A stretch of DNA of 64,000 nucleotides. It comes from Basidiobolus meristosporus CBS 931.73. Taxonomy: Eukaryota; Fungi; Basidiobolomycota. The notes beneath the pieces are model-generated. The model did no database searches. It was given only the letters and a program-made list of their open reading frames with translations, and was not told the DNA's origin. The position numbers and the translations under genes were made by a program. Below are positions 35,355 through 46,571 of this stretch, piece after piece (the first letter of the stretch is position 1; every line of letters starts with the position of its first letter). The stretch is taken from contig MCFE01000203.1 of NCBI GenBank assembly GCA_002104905.1, forward strand, positions 62,001 through 126,000, read 5' to 3'.

Positions 35355-36074
35355 ATGTCCGCTCAGCCAACTACCAAGATATCCATCATCCTCTACACCG
35401 TCTATGGCCACATCTATGAGCTGGCCAAGGCTATCAAGAAAGGTCTGGAAACGAATAACGGAGTGGTAGCCACCATCTACCAAGTGCCAGAGACACTCTC
35501 TGATGACATCCTCGCCAAGATCCATGCCCCGCCTAAGCCCGATATCCCGGTGATCACTCCTGACATGCTCACTGAGGCTGATGGCTTTTTCTTTGGCATC
35601 CCCACCAGATTTGGGGCCATGTCAGCTCAGTTCCAGCAGTTCTGGGATGCCACAGGCGCACTCTGGGCCCAAGGAGCACTCCGCAACAAGTTCGCAGCCA
35701 CCTTCTTCTCCACTGGCTCACAACATGGAGGACAGGAGACAACAGCAATGACATTCATGACCACTGTTGTCCACCATGGAATGATCTACATCCCCAATGG
35801 ATTCGCATCACCACACTTGACTGACAACTCTGAGATAGTTGGCGGAGGACCATGGGGAGTAGGAACCATCACGAATGGAGATGGATCACGAATGCCATCT
35901 CAGAAAGAGCTGGAAGTGGCCGAGCTACAGGGACAAAACTACGGAGAGATTGTGGTGCGTCATACTCAACCTCAGTTGGTGGAGAGAGTCATCGAGAAGA
36001 TCGTGGAGAAGCAGGTGCCATCTAAGGCAAATGCGGTGACCAAAAAGTCATTCTTCAAAAAACTCTTTGCCTAA
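35355..36074 (+). CDS. Flavodoxin-like quinone reductase copy 4 (substitutions GAMSAQ and GPWGVG)
   Basis: Same core. The 3' end and downstream spacer duplicate those of copy 1. Confidence 0.92.
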   Translation: MSAQPTTKISIILYTVYGHIYELAKAIKKGLETNNGVVATIYQVPETLSDDILAKIHAPPKPDIPVITPDMLTEADGFFFGIPTRFGAMSAQFQQFWDATGALWAQGALRNKFAATFFSTGSQHGGQETTAMTFMTTVVHHGMIYIPNGFASPHLTDNSEIVGGGPWGVGTITNGDGSRMPSQKELEVAELQGQNYGEIVVRHTQPQLVERVIEKIVEKQVPSKANAVTKKSFFKKLFA

Positions 36075-36981
36075 TACGTGAACCCTACGACGCATTTATG
36101 TAACCTTTCACCCGATTGCCATCCAGCTTGATTTCCGTCATATTACCTCAGTGATGAATTGGACGTGTACACTGATAACCTTACCTATGTTTACTATTGA
36201 GCTTCCGATTCTCCTATACTAATTCGGGAGGTTGCTGCTGAGCTGCGCGTACCAAGAAATGTAGTATATAATAAACCTAGTAACCATCGCACTGCTATTG
36301 AATTGCCGTGTTAACTGTGTTCCATGGATTTGGGGCCAAATGGCGTAAACTCAAACCAACAACAATTACCAACTGTGAATACGCAGCACAACTGACACAA
36401 ATATTGATCCCCACCTTTAATCTACCTCTTTCGGCAACTTACCTATCCCTGACGGAATGACTTTACTTTCATAACAGTATGGTGGCCATGGTAGTGAACT
36501 GGGGCTCAAAACTGCATTTTGCACCCATCCTCCTGCGTGGATTGCAAGCAGTCGCTTTCCATATCGTTGCCACCACATTGGATACATACTCTTGACCCAC
36601 CGTGTATACATAGTTGTTCAGATTCTGAGGAATTCTTAGGGCCTCAACAGACTAGTTTGGATTTGGAACACTTGATCTAGAATAACTGTGGCGTCTGAAC
36701 AAACCATCACCAAAATCATTGAAACAAGTGTGCCATAGAGAGAAGATATGATTAATATGGCCGGAGGGGTGCTTACTAACCCCTGATGGTAAGTAATCTA
36801 TTTGAAAGTACAAACGGAGATATTACCATATATGGCTTATTTACCCAAAATCGATGGATTCCACCATTAGAAATTGGTCCGTGAGATGGCAAAATAAATA
36901 GCACCCAGTTGCTACTCCCGAATCATCAACCACTCATTTGCAAGTGTGCAAACAAGTAAGCAAGCATCAACACTCCTTTCA

Positions 36982-37701
36982 ATGTCCGCTCAGTCAACTA
37001 CCAAGATATCCATCATCCTCTACACCGTCTATGGCCACATCTACGAGCTGGCCAAGGCTATCAAGAAAGGTCTGGAAACGAATAACGGGGTGGTAGCCAC
37101 CATCTACCAAGTGCCAGAGACACTCTCTGATGACATCCTCGCCAAGATCCATGCCCCGCCTAAGCCCGATATCCCAGTGATCACTCCTGACATGCTCACT
37201 GAGGCTGATGGCTTTTTCTTTGGCATCCCCACCAGATTTGGGGCCATGCCAGCTCAGTTCCAGCAGTTCTGGGATGCCACAGGCGCACTCTGGGCCAAAG
37301 GAGCACTCCGCAACAAGTTCGCAGCCACCTTCTTCTCCACTGGCTCACAACATGGAGGACAGGAGACAACAGCAATGACATTCATGACCACTGTTGTCCA
37401 CCATGGAATGATCTACATCCCCAATGGATTCGCATCACCACACTTGACTGACAACTCTGAGATAGTTGGCGGAGGACCATGGGGAGCAGGAACCATCACG
37501 AATGGAGATGGATCACGAATGCCATCTCAGAAAGAGCTGGAAGTGGCCGAGCTACAAGGACAAAACTATGGGGAAATTGTGGTGCGTCTTACGCAGCCCC
37601 AAGTAGTGGAGAGGGTAGTGGAGAAGATCGTGGAAAAGCAAATCAAGGAAAAGGTAAAGTTCGTTGAGAAGAAATCATTCCTGAAGAAAATATTCTCCTA
37701 G
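36982..37701 (+). CDS. Flavodoxin-like quinone reductase copy 5
   Basis: Same core; divergent tail QIKEKVKFVEKKSFLKKIFS. Confidence 0.92.
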   Translation: MSAQSTTKISIILYTVYGHIYELAKAIKKGLETNNGVVATIYQVPETLSDDILAKIHAPPKPDIPVITPDMLTEADGFFFGIPTRFGAMPAQFQQFWDATGALWAKGALRNKFAATFFSTGSQHGGQETTAMTFMTTVVHHGMIYIPNGFASPHLTDNSEIVGGGPWGAGTITNGDGSRMPSQKELEVAELQGQNYGEIVVRLTQPQVVERVVEKIVEKQIKEKVKFVEKKSFLKKIFS

Positions 37702-38445
37702 CCTTGTCGAATATACATTTGTGTAAAGCCGTTGCATTCATATTGGCGATATTGGGAAACTGAATTTGTATGCCATTATGCTCGAACTTGTAAGAATAGT
37801 AATAATTAATAAAACTTATATGATACTTTGCCCGCGTAAGTCAATTCGAATGCGGGTTCTTTATATCGGAACTTAACGGAGCCTTGAATCGGCCAAGGAA
37901 CTTTTTAATGGAAACTTGGATGATCACAGGTGTTAAAAGTAAGCATAAAGCTTGAATCCTATTTCCATTCTTAGATCACGACTCAACTACATACCTTCGG
38001 CTAAAGAGTAGATCGCTTGGGAGTTTAACAGTATATAGATATATACGGTAGTTCTGCCGGTAACCCCAGATTAGAATGCATTGCAACACGAGCATCCCAT
38101 GAAGCGTGAAAGATAAGATTCAATGGCGGAGCTTTGTCAAACATCTTGCATCAAGGTTATCCGGAAAAATAACCTAGCTTAGGATGATTATGCATAAAAT
38201 CATTACGAAGTATGCTACTAACTTCTCGGTTGATGCACACATTCGACTGCGTGCGACAAGGGGAAGTGTTATATCGGGCCAATTTAACCAGATCTATAGC
38301 TATGCTTTGGAAATCCGGAGATACAACTTGTCGTTATATGTACTTTATCCATCGCCATTGCTAAATAGGTATGCACCCTCAGAAAAGAAAATATCGATTT
38401 TATATGTATCATGAGCACACAATCAAAATCAAATGTATGATCACA

Positions 38446-38830
38446 GGCCCAAGGAGCACTCCGTGACAAGTTCGCAGCCACCTTCTTCTCCACTGGCTCA
38501 CAACACGGAGGACAGGAGACAACAGCGATGACATTCATGACCACCGTTGTCCACCATGGAATGATCTACATCCCCAATGGATTCGCATCACCACACTTGA
38601 CTGACAACTCTGAGATAGTTGGCGGAGGACCATGGGGAGCAGGAACCATCACGAATGGAGATGGATCGCGAATGCCATCTCAGAAAGAGCTAGACGCGGC
38701 CGAGCTACAAGGTCAATACTATGGGGAGGTTGCGGTGCGTCACATTCAACCTGAGATTGTGAAGTGAGTGGTCGAGAAATAAAATAGAAGTACCAGCCGA
38801 AAATCAGTCCAGAAGAAACTCTTTGCATAA
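38446..38830 (+). pseudogene. Flavodoxin-like copy 6, 3' half only, with decayed tail
   Basis: Homology begins abruptly at GGCCCAAGGAGCACTCCG; premature stop at 38765-38767. Confidence 0.85.
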
Positions 38831-39340
38831 GGCGCTACTCCTGATCTTCACCGGTCGATAAAAGACCATTTATCAAGGAAGATGGCATTAAAGAAAGCGC
38901 CTAATATGGCCGAATTGTCGGGCGGAAAGTCATTTCTTAAGGTAACTCGAAACCATGTGCGCTGATAACCTTGTTGACACCTTGGCGGTGACCAATTTGA
39001 ATAGATCACATACACAAGCATCTACTGATGAACTCGACCGGTCCTATTTCAAATTTTCTTCCATTATTTGGGATGGATCCCGCAATCAACGCGCTTGGGC
39101 GCCTCACATGCTTTACATGAAAACTACATACATCCAGTATCGAATTTCATGTTGGGATATTTAAGGAACACATGTGATTATGAGCGGTGAAAATACCATA
39201 ACTATCCGTACTTGTATCAGTTCATGTAGAACTTCACCCCTGGTCGGATGTAATCAATGAGGAACTCCCCCGTATTTGGTCAGTTTATCTATCTAGATTA
39301 GATGAATTCAAGTAACCATATTGGTAGATATGTTAGCCCT

Positions 39341-39548
39341 ACAACAGCAATGGCATTCATGACCACCATCGTCCACCATGGAATGATCTACATCCCCAAT
39401 GGATTCGCATCACCACACTTGACTGACAACTCTGAGATAGTTGACGGAGGACCATGGGGAGCAGGAACCATCGCGATCAGAAAGAGATACAAGGTCAAGA
39501 CTACGGGTAAATTGTAGTCCGTCATATTCAACCCCAGATGGTGGAGGA
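39341..39548 (+). pseudogene. Flavodoxin-like copy 7, internal fragment
   Basis: TTAMAFMTTIVHHGMIYIPNGFASPHLTDNSEIVDGGPWGAGT followed by a deletion and decay. Confidence 0.8.
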
Positions 39549-40121
39549 AGCAAATATGGGAAGAGTGGACCTTCTGAAGTCATCCCTCTAAAATCAACAC
39601 ACACCATCATTGTCAACTAAGGATTATCCTTGAACACCAGTAAAGCCTTCATACTTACTAATCCATGTTGGACCTCGGAAAAAATCTAAAAATGGACACA
39701 TCTGATTATTTTTGTGATGAGCAACCCCATCATTCATATGATATCGGAAAGCCACTTCGCACAATTCTTTTCAGTATGGATACTTGCGTTAGGCAGAGAA
39801 TTCTCTTTCTAGGTGTGATACTCTTTCTATATCGATCTAGTAGACGGTCTATGAGTCAACACTGAATATCAAGCGTGAATGCCAATTTGTAATGATATCC
39901 AAATGCGGGATATTTATCCAGCGAAATCTCGCCGAAGAGTATTTGCAATCCTTTTCGGTTGATTAGTAACGAATCTAGGATGATCCTTAACACTTGGAAA
40001 TGAAATAAATACCGCTTCATAGCACCTACCTCCTACATCGAATTTTGATTGCTGCATCTTTTGCTTTATACCTTTCCCTTTGCAAATACATTAACGTCCT
40101 CCTAGTGTGACTTATTGCGTA

Positions 40122-40841
40122 ATGGCCGTCGAACCAAAGACCAAGATTTACATCATCCTTTACACCGTCTATGGCCATATCTACGAAGTGGCCAAGGCTG
40201 TCAAGAAAGGAATTGAGAAAAATGAACGAGTAGAAGTCACCATCTACCAAGTGCCAGAGACACTCTCTGATGACATCCTCGCCAAGATCCATGCCCCACC
40301 TAAGCCCGATATTCCAGTGATCACTCCTGACATGCTCACCGAGGCTGATGGCTTCTTCTTTGGCATCCCCACCAGATTTGGGGCCATGCCAGCTCAGTTC
40401 CAGCAGTTCTGGGATGCCACGGGCGCACTCTGGGCCAAAGGAGCACTCCGCAACAAGTTCGCAGCCACCTTCTTCTCCACCGCCTCACAACATGGAGGAC
40501 AGGAGACAACAGCAATGACATTCATGACCACCGTTGTCCACCATGGAATGATCTACATCCCCAATGGATTCGCATCACCACACTTGACTGACAACTCTGA
40601 GATAGTTGGTGGAGGACCATGGGGAGCTGGTACTATTGCCAACGGTGATGGATCCAGAATGCCATCTCAGAAAGAGCTGGAAGTGGCCGAGCTACAAGGA
40701 CAAAACTACGGAGAGATTGTGGTGCGTCATACTCAACCTCAGATTGTGGAGAAAACCGTGGAGAAGGTGGTAGTGAAAGAGGTGCCGGCTCAGGCTGAAG
40801 TAACAAAGAAGAAATCGTTCTTGAAGAAAATCTTCAACTAA
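40122..40841 (+). CDS. Flavodoxin-like quinone reductase copy 8 (most divergent N-terminus, MAVEPKTKIY)
   Basis: Intact ORF with the same core (STASQHGG variant); tail KKKSFLKKIFN. Confidence 0.92.
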   Translation: MAVEPKTKIYIILYTVYGHIYEVAKAVKKGIEKNERVEVTIYQVPETLSDDILAKIHAPPKPDIPVITPDMLTEADGFFFGIPTRFGAMPAQFQQFWDATGALWAKGALRNKFAATFFSTASQHGGQETTAMTFMTTVVHHGMIYIPNGFASPHLTDNSEIVGGGPWGAGTIANGDGSRMPSQKELEVAELQGQNYGEIVVRHTQPQIVEKTVEKVVVKEVPAQAEVTKKKSFLKKIFN

Positions 40842-41177
40842 TCCCAAGGATTATGAATATGTTTATATGTATGCCCAGAATTTAATAATTAATTTCATCA
40901 ACTTGTGTCTTTCGGATTAAATAAATTTCAGCATTTGTCATATCACCTGAACCTGTGCTTCGATGGATCAACAATGAAAATCAGCACAACACATCAATCC
41001 ACAAAAGAAATCAATATGTGTTTAGCCGACTGATTATACCAGAAGTAATATATAATGTACACATCCAACAATCTGTAAGTGGAGGAGATCGCCGAATTGT
41101 TTAGAGTTGGTCAATCGAGTCATAACAAAACGACCCAACCAAATAAGCTAGGATGCCAGCTCGTCTTCTTTGTATAC

Positions 41178-41683
41178 ATGATTTTTCCACCACTGCAACC
41201 CTCACTGTTCCCCAAGGCCACCATTCCCCGGTCACTCAGGAAATCAGAACTCTCGGAGCTTGAGGAACTTGAGTTAGCCCAAGAGGAATATGAAAAGCAG
41301 GTAATTGCCCTCGGTCCGTTTCCCGGTTGGAGGACTACTAACTCTTGGCCTGTGTAGTTGGACGAGGTAAGGTGTGCTGGCCACTGGTATAATCCAATTG
41401 GATTCCAACAAGTCTCTGAGGAGGAGGAGGAAGAGGAGGAGGAAGAAGAAGAGGAAGGGGAATTTGAGAATGAAGAGGTAAACACCATAGACAGTGACTT
41501 GGATCTGACCAGAAGACTGACCTTTATTAGGAGTATGACGAGGGGGAGTATCCCCACCCAGACGAATACGACTCGGAACAAAGCTATGCGGAAGCGCAGG
41601 TAGCCGACTTCGAGGAAATGTCGGATATTGAAGAAATGGAGATGGAAGATGATGAAGAAATGGACATGGAGGATCTTGAGTAG
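41178..41683 (+). CDS. Small ANAPC15/Apc15-like protein (exons 41178-41300, 41358-41477, 41531-41683; 131 aa)
   Basis: Spliced product: MIFPPLQPSLFPK...ELELAQEEYEKQLDEVRCAGHWYNPIGFQQVSEEEEE...acidic tail. It follows the ANAPC15 layout (PSLFP, helical segment, PIG, D/E tail). Both GT-AG introns are phase 0. Confidence 0.68.
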
Positions 41684-41890
41684 ATCGTGTACGTATTCGA
41701 AGCGCGATTCCGTAGCGCGATTCCATAGCCACCACCCATATGTAGATTCCATCAATAAACCTTTGTGATATACGCTGATCGATTGGCGCCATCGATGTTT
41801 ATACATGCTCATGCCATACATTCTGGCGATCAAGGGGCAGAATATATACAGTAGAGTAAAGAAATCAATGCTTTTAATTTTAAACCTAGA

Positions 41891-42994
41891 CTATTTGTAC
41901 ACATCGGTATTTCTGAAGCTCGAGTTGTCTCTAAGAGCATCGTTGTGGGTTTTGTATTCCATGATGGTATCGCCAGGGAGGTTGAGCACTCGCTTCAAAG
42001 TGTCCCTAGACATCTAGTAAGCAACAGGGTACTGAGCAGAACGTGAAGGGTCTATACCGTACTTGATTTTCAGGTTGATCCTGCCTTCGTCGGCGGAGCG
42101 ATTCCACACGGAGAGAATATCTTCGGAATGACGAATGGACAGCACTGCGCCACAGATTTCGGAGCCCACATCGAACTGGTCACCGATGACTGCCAGCACC
42201 TAGGGCGGTGTTAGTAACCTGGCTGCACGGCGCTCGCAAACCACCTTCACTTACCAAGCTCTCCCAATACCGCGATGCGAGGCCTTTTTTCAAACGGACA
42301 ATCCATTTACCGCCATTGATGTTTACATCGTCCTTGGAGGATAAGAGAGATGAATTTCCATACCCCGTGATGTGTGGTGGATATAAATTGAAGTACCTCC
42401 CAAACCGGGCGAACCCCCTGTTTAAATAGGTGATAATCACTAATGGTTGGCAGCTCGTGTGGTCTACGCAAATGGGAGTACACAGCCCAGAAATCTTCGA
42501 TCTTTGCTTCGGGTTTAGTACACGGTGGAGAAGGGAGTTAAAAGTAGGGGGGGGCCTACCGAAGAAAAAGCCGCTATCTTCTTCATAGCGCTCTCGTAGT
42601 TAAGGATTTTCTGACCTGGCTGTCTGTGCATGAACCAAAACACCCAAGTGAAATGTAAGGGATGTATTCCGGAGGTATGTTGACCGGCACTGCTGGAAGG
42701 TGTAGCGGAGCCCGAAACTGGGGGCAAAGAGCTGACGGTGCTAGGCGCAGGGGCTGTGGTGGGATTGCCTCCATTCGGGCCCACGACGTTTGCTGTGTTG
42801 AGGCTGGAATTGGAGCGTTGTAGTTGAATGAGTTTGGAACCGGATGTTGAAAGGATCGATGAGTTTGAAGCTGTGCTGCCCGAGCGGGAAGGTCTACAGG
42901 TGAAGAAGGAAAGAGGGTTGGTGTAAGCCACAGATGAGCGAGATCGCTAGCATACGTACTGCTTTCTTAAGGTATTAACAGTAGTTGACTCCAT
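41891..42994 (-). CDS. Class II eIF4E (eIF4E2/4EHP-like), 6 exons
   Basis: HPLHFTWVFWF, IEDFWAVYSHL, DYHLFKQGVRPVWED, NGGKWIVRLKKGLASRYWESLVLAVIGDQF, SEDILSVWN. Exons 42994-42960, 42893-42560, 42501-42397, 42332-42255, 42199-42063 and 42005-41891 splice in frame. Confidence 0.9.
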
Positions 42995-43649
42995 GCCACT
43001 CTGATAAGATTAGCTTTCTTTGGTGGTGATATTTATAGAAAGTGAAGGCTTTGGGAAATAGGTTTAATAAGAATGAAGGAATAACTCTAATATTGTACAG
43101 ATCAGTCGTTAGGCAACAAAACGCGAAAACGTGTTCGAGAGTAGTGTGTGGGTAATAGAACGGATATTGCCCGTAACGTTAGCTAACGTAAGTATAAATA
43201 AAGATAGGAATAATCAATGAAACGACCTCTTGGAGCTAATATCAACCGATCCAGCTCTACTAGCGAAATTGTATTCAATACGTCACTAATTTGTTTTTTT
43301 CTGGTTTTTTTTCCGTGAATAAACGGTGGCTTAAGGTTAACGTGATGGTGTCCATGTTGGTTAAGTCACATGCGCTGGTGTTGGGCTTGCTGGGAGTAAT
43401 GCCATTATTATGAGTTTCTTAATAAACATCAATTACCTGCTCAGCAAATAGCGTCCAATTGTTGCATATGGATCATTACACCAATGAATGCGACCCCCTT
43501 TTGATGCACTGTTGAAGATTGAATGCACCGAGAGGCCTCCTAGTGATATTGATCAGTGGATTGGTTTAGTGACGCTTTGAGAGGCCTTGATTGTTCCTTA
43601 CCTCGTATCCCTGAACCTTGGCTTTGAATTACTGTAAAATTTACAAAAT

Positions 43650-46251
43650 ATGGACCGCCGTAAGGAAGAATTGGAGAAGAAGCGTTTGAAGCTAGCTGAA
43701 TTGAGGCGTGCTAGAGAGGAAAGACAGCAGGCCTTACTTGTGTCTCAAAACAGGGACCGGGAGGTAATACTAGCTGATAGGTTTTCTTTATCTAGATTTC
43801 ATCTGTTAAGCTTACCCATCTTCGGAAATAGGGTGTCAAAGACCGCAGAGATATTGATGATCTGGTCGCCTCCCTTGTTGGGGATAGAGCATCTCAGCAT
43901 TCACCCACTGGCTTATCCTCACCGGAGCCCACTGATGTAACTCCAGAAGCTGGTGGTAGTGCATCTCCCACAGCGACCGTTGCGACTTCCCCAACACAAG
44001 CGTTTACTCCCAAGTAACAGTTTTCTTTTCGTAATGGCCCGTGTATAGAAGCTTAATTTTGTCTCTCCTTTAGTGTCAACCAACCTAGGTTTATCCCTGA
44101 ATTCACTTCTGTTGAAACTGTCATTTGGGATTTGCCTCCCAAGGTATATCAGGACATCTATTTTCGAACTATGCACCGGCCCACATCACTGAACATACTT
44201 GTAGGAGCGGGTCATTTACAACAAAGAGGTTCAAACTACCGAGTGTTCATTTGACAAACCTGAGGTTTCCGAAGAGGAGATTAGAGAAAGACTCCAGGCG
44301 GAGCGCGAGAAAGAGGAAAAAGCCAAGATGGCTGCCCTCGAAGAAGAGCGCGCAAAACAGCAGAAGGAAGCAGAAATCGCTTCCATTGTTCGTGGTAGGC
44401 AACTAGTACACACACATCCATAGAGCTATTCGGACCGTCTTTGCTGAGCTTGAATTGCAAAACAGAACTATCTGACGATGAGAAGAAGGCAATTGTTTCT
44501 TCGAACGAATTCATGGACTTTGTTGACCAATCCTCGAAAATCATCGAAAGAGCGCTCAACGAGAAATACGACTTCATGGTCGATTACACCCTAGGTCATG
44601 ACGCTGATGGGTAAGACGGAGTTATGCCAGATGCGAGAACGAGCCTTGCTAACGGTCACCTACATAGTGATGATTCTTCCGGAAACCGTGTCAAGTTCCT
44701 TTGCTCCTTTTATGACGACAAGTGGTCCAAGAGTCGCTCCATCACTGATGTAGCTTGGTCACCCAAGGTAAGTTGTCTCAGCACCGATCTGCGCCATGTC
44801 AATTTACTGAATACGAGTGTTACGCAGTATCCTGAGCTGTTGGCCACCTCGTATAACAAGAACATGACTTCTGTGAATGAGCCGGATGGTGTAGTGCTAG
44901 TGTGGAACCTACACTTGATGGACCGACCTGAATTCGTTTTCCATACTCAGGTAAAGGATTCGCTGAAGAAGACCAAGTGTTCCTTTATTAACCGTCAGTA
45001 TCCCATGGATCTAGTCTGATGTAATGAAGACTATGTTCTCGCCATTCCACCCGAATCTGATCATTGGTGGTACATACTCTGGACAGATCGTGCTCTGGGA
45101 TACCCGAGCTAAATCGCTTCCAGTGTTGAAGACCCCCTTATCAGCAGTGGGTCATACCCACCCTGTATACTCCATGACCATGGTGGGAACCCAAAACGCC
45201 CACAACTTGATCAGCGCTAGTACCGATGGTACCGTCTGCTCCTGGCAGCTAGACATGCTCGCGCAGCCACAGGTGCGTCATTTCGTAATGATGTATGCCG
45301 AGGCCCCCTCCCCAACATTCATATTTTCCTTTTGATGCTGTCTAGGAAACACTCGAGCTGTTGCATCCTTCGCACAACAAAACAGATGAAATCTCTGTCA
45401 CCACCGTAGGATTCCCAGACAACGAAACCACCGCCTTTTGGGTTGGAACCGAAGAGGGAAATGTGTACCAGGCCAATCGATATGATCGTGCTGGAAGGTA
45501 CGCCACTTCGGCAACTTGATAGCCAAGCAGGCTTAAGTTAACATTCCCGTTCCCATTCTCTAGTAAGGCTGGTATTAATCAGTTCGACACCTACAAAGGC
45601 CACAATGGCGTGATTACCGGGCTTCATTTCCACCCCTTGGTCGGTCCTATCGACTTCTCTGATTTATTCTTGACTTGTTCTGTGGATTGGACAGTGAAGC
45701 TATGGAAAGCCAAGGTATGTTACCTTCACCCTTGGACGTGCATAACGAGTCGATACTGATCGGGACATCTCCCATCAAGTCTGTCACAAAAGCGCCTACA
45801 GCACCACGCCAGATCTCACCGCTGTATTCGTTTGAGGAAGCAAGTGATTATGTGTACGATGTCAAATGGTCGCCATCGCACCCATCTGTTTTCGCCGCGG
45901 TGGACGCCAGTGGCCACTTTGATCTTTGGAATCTCAACTCAGACACCGAGGTAAATTGCAGCTATGGTTCCATTCAGCTGCACTCCATTGATTCCGACTA
46001 ATCCCCTATCCCTCAAGGTGCCTACTGTGAGAACAGTGGTTGGATCTGGAAGAGGACTCAACAAGATCGAATGGGACAAAGAGGGCCGCAAAGCTGCCAT
46101 TGGCTCATCAGATGGACATCTCTATGTGTATGATATCGGAGATATGGCGGTACCACGTCCAGATGAGTGGAACATCTTCCAGAAAACTGTGTCGGAGATG
46201 ACGGCCACCTCTCCCCAAACCGACGGCAGCAAGTCAGTGGTTGGGCGTTAA
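43650..46251 (+). CDS. Cytoplasmic dynein intermediate chain (WD40; Pac11/NudI-like), multi-exon
   Basis: N-terminal coil [25 protein letters not shown], light-chain site [62 protein letters not shown]. Internal exon boundaries not all resolved. Confidence 0.92.
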
Positions 46252-46571
46252 ATGATCCGGTCGATCAGTATACCCATACCTTGCCTCTAGCCCGGGGATT
46301 TTCACTTCTTTACGTGTATTAAATATTGAGGAGACCAAGACTTCTCTCGTAATTAACCTTAAGTAAAACCATGTAGTAACACGAAACCAACCCCAACATA
46401 CACAGTCCACTCTATGTTCCGGTACTCAATAAACCCCCTCGCAATACCCAAACACCATGAAGGAAGAGCTGTTTGCGTCCTTTAATAATATTTGAAGAAG
46501 TTATACACAGGGGAAAGTAAGAAAAATCTAGGACTAGACCGGCGAGAATCCGTCGAAGATATCGGCCGAAA

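Larger units (their letters stand above)
32090..39969. promoter_or_regulatory. Candidate Yap1/AP-1-like elements upstream of quinone reductase copies (TTACTAA at 32090, 35146, 36773; TTAGTAA at 39963)
   Basis: Exact matches to the yeast YRE about 155-210 nt upstream of the ATGs of copies 2, 4, 5 and 8. Function is inferred only. Confidence 0.4.

Noticed and set aside
27636-40841. PhzF-like gene plus quinone reductases as a phenazine or secondary-metabolite cluster
   Set aside because: There are no PhzE/D/G, PKS or NRPS genes, RPL24 lies between them, and lone PhzF-like genes are common in fungi.
41120-41833. 237-aa minus-strand Ser-rich ORF and 172-aa Phe/Leu-rich ORF
   Set aside because: They are the antisense of the GAG/GAA poly-Glu tract in the ANAPC15-like gene.
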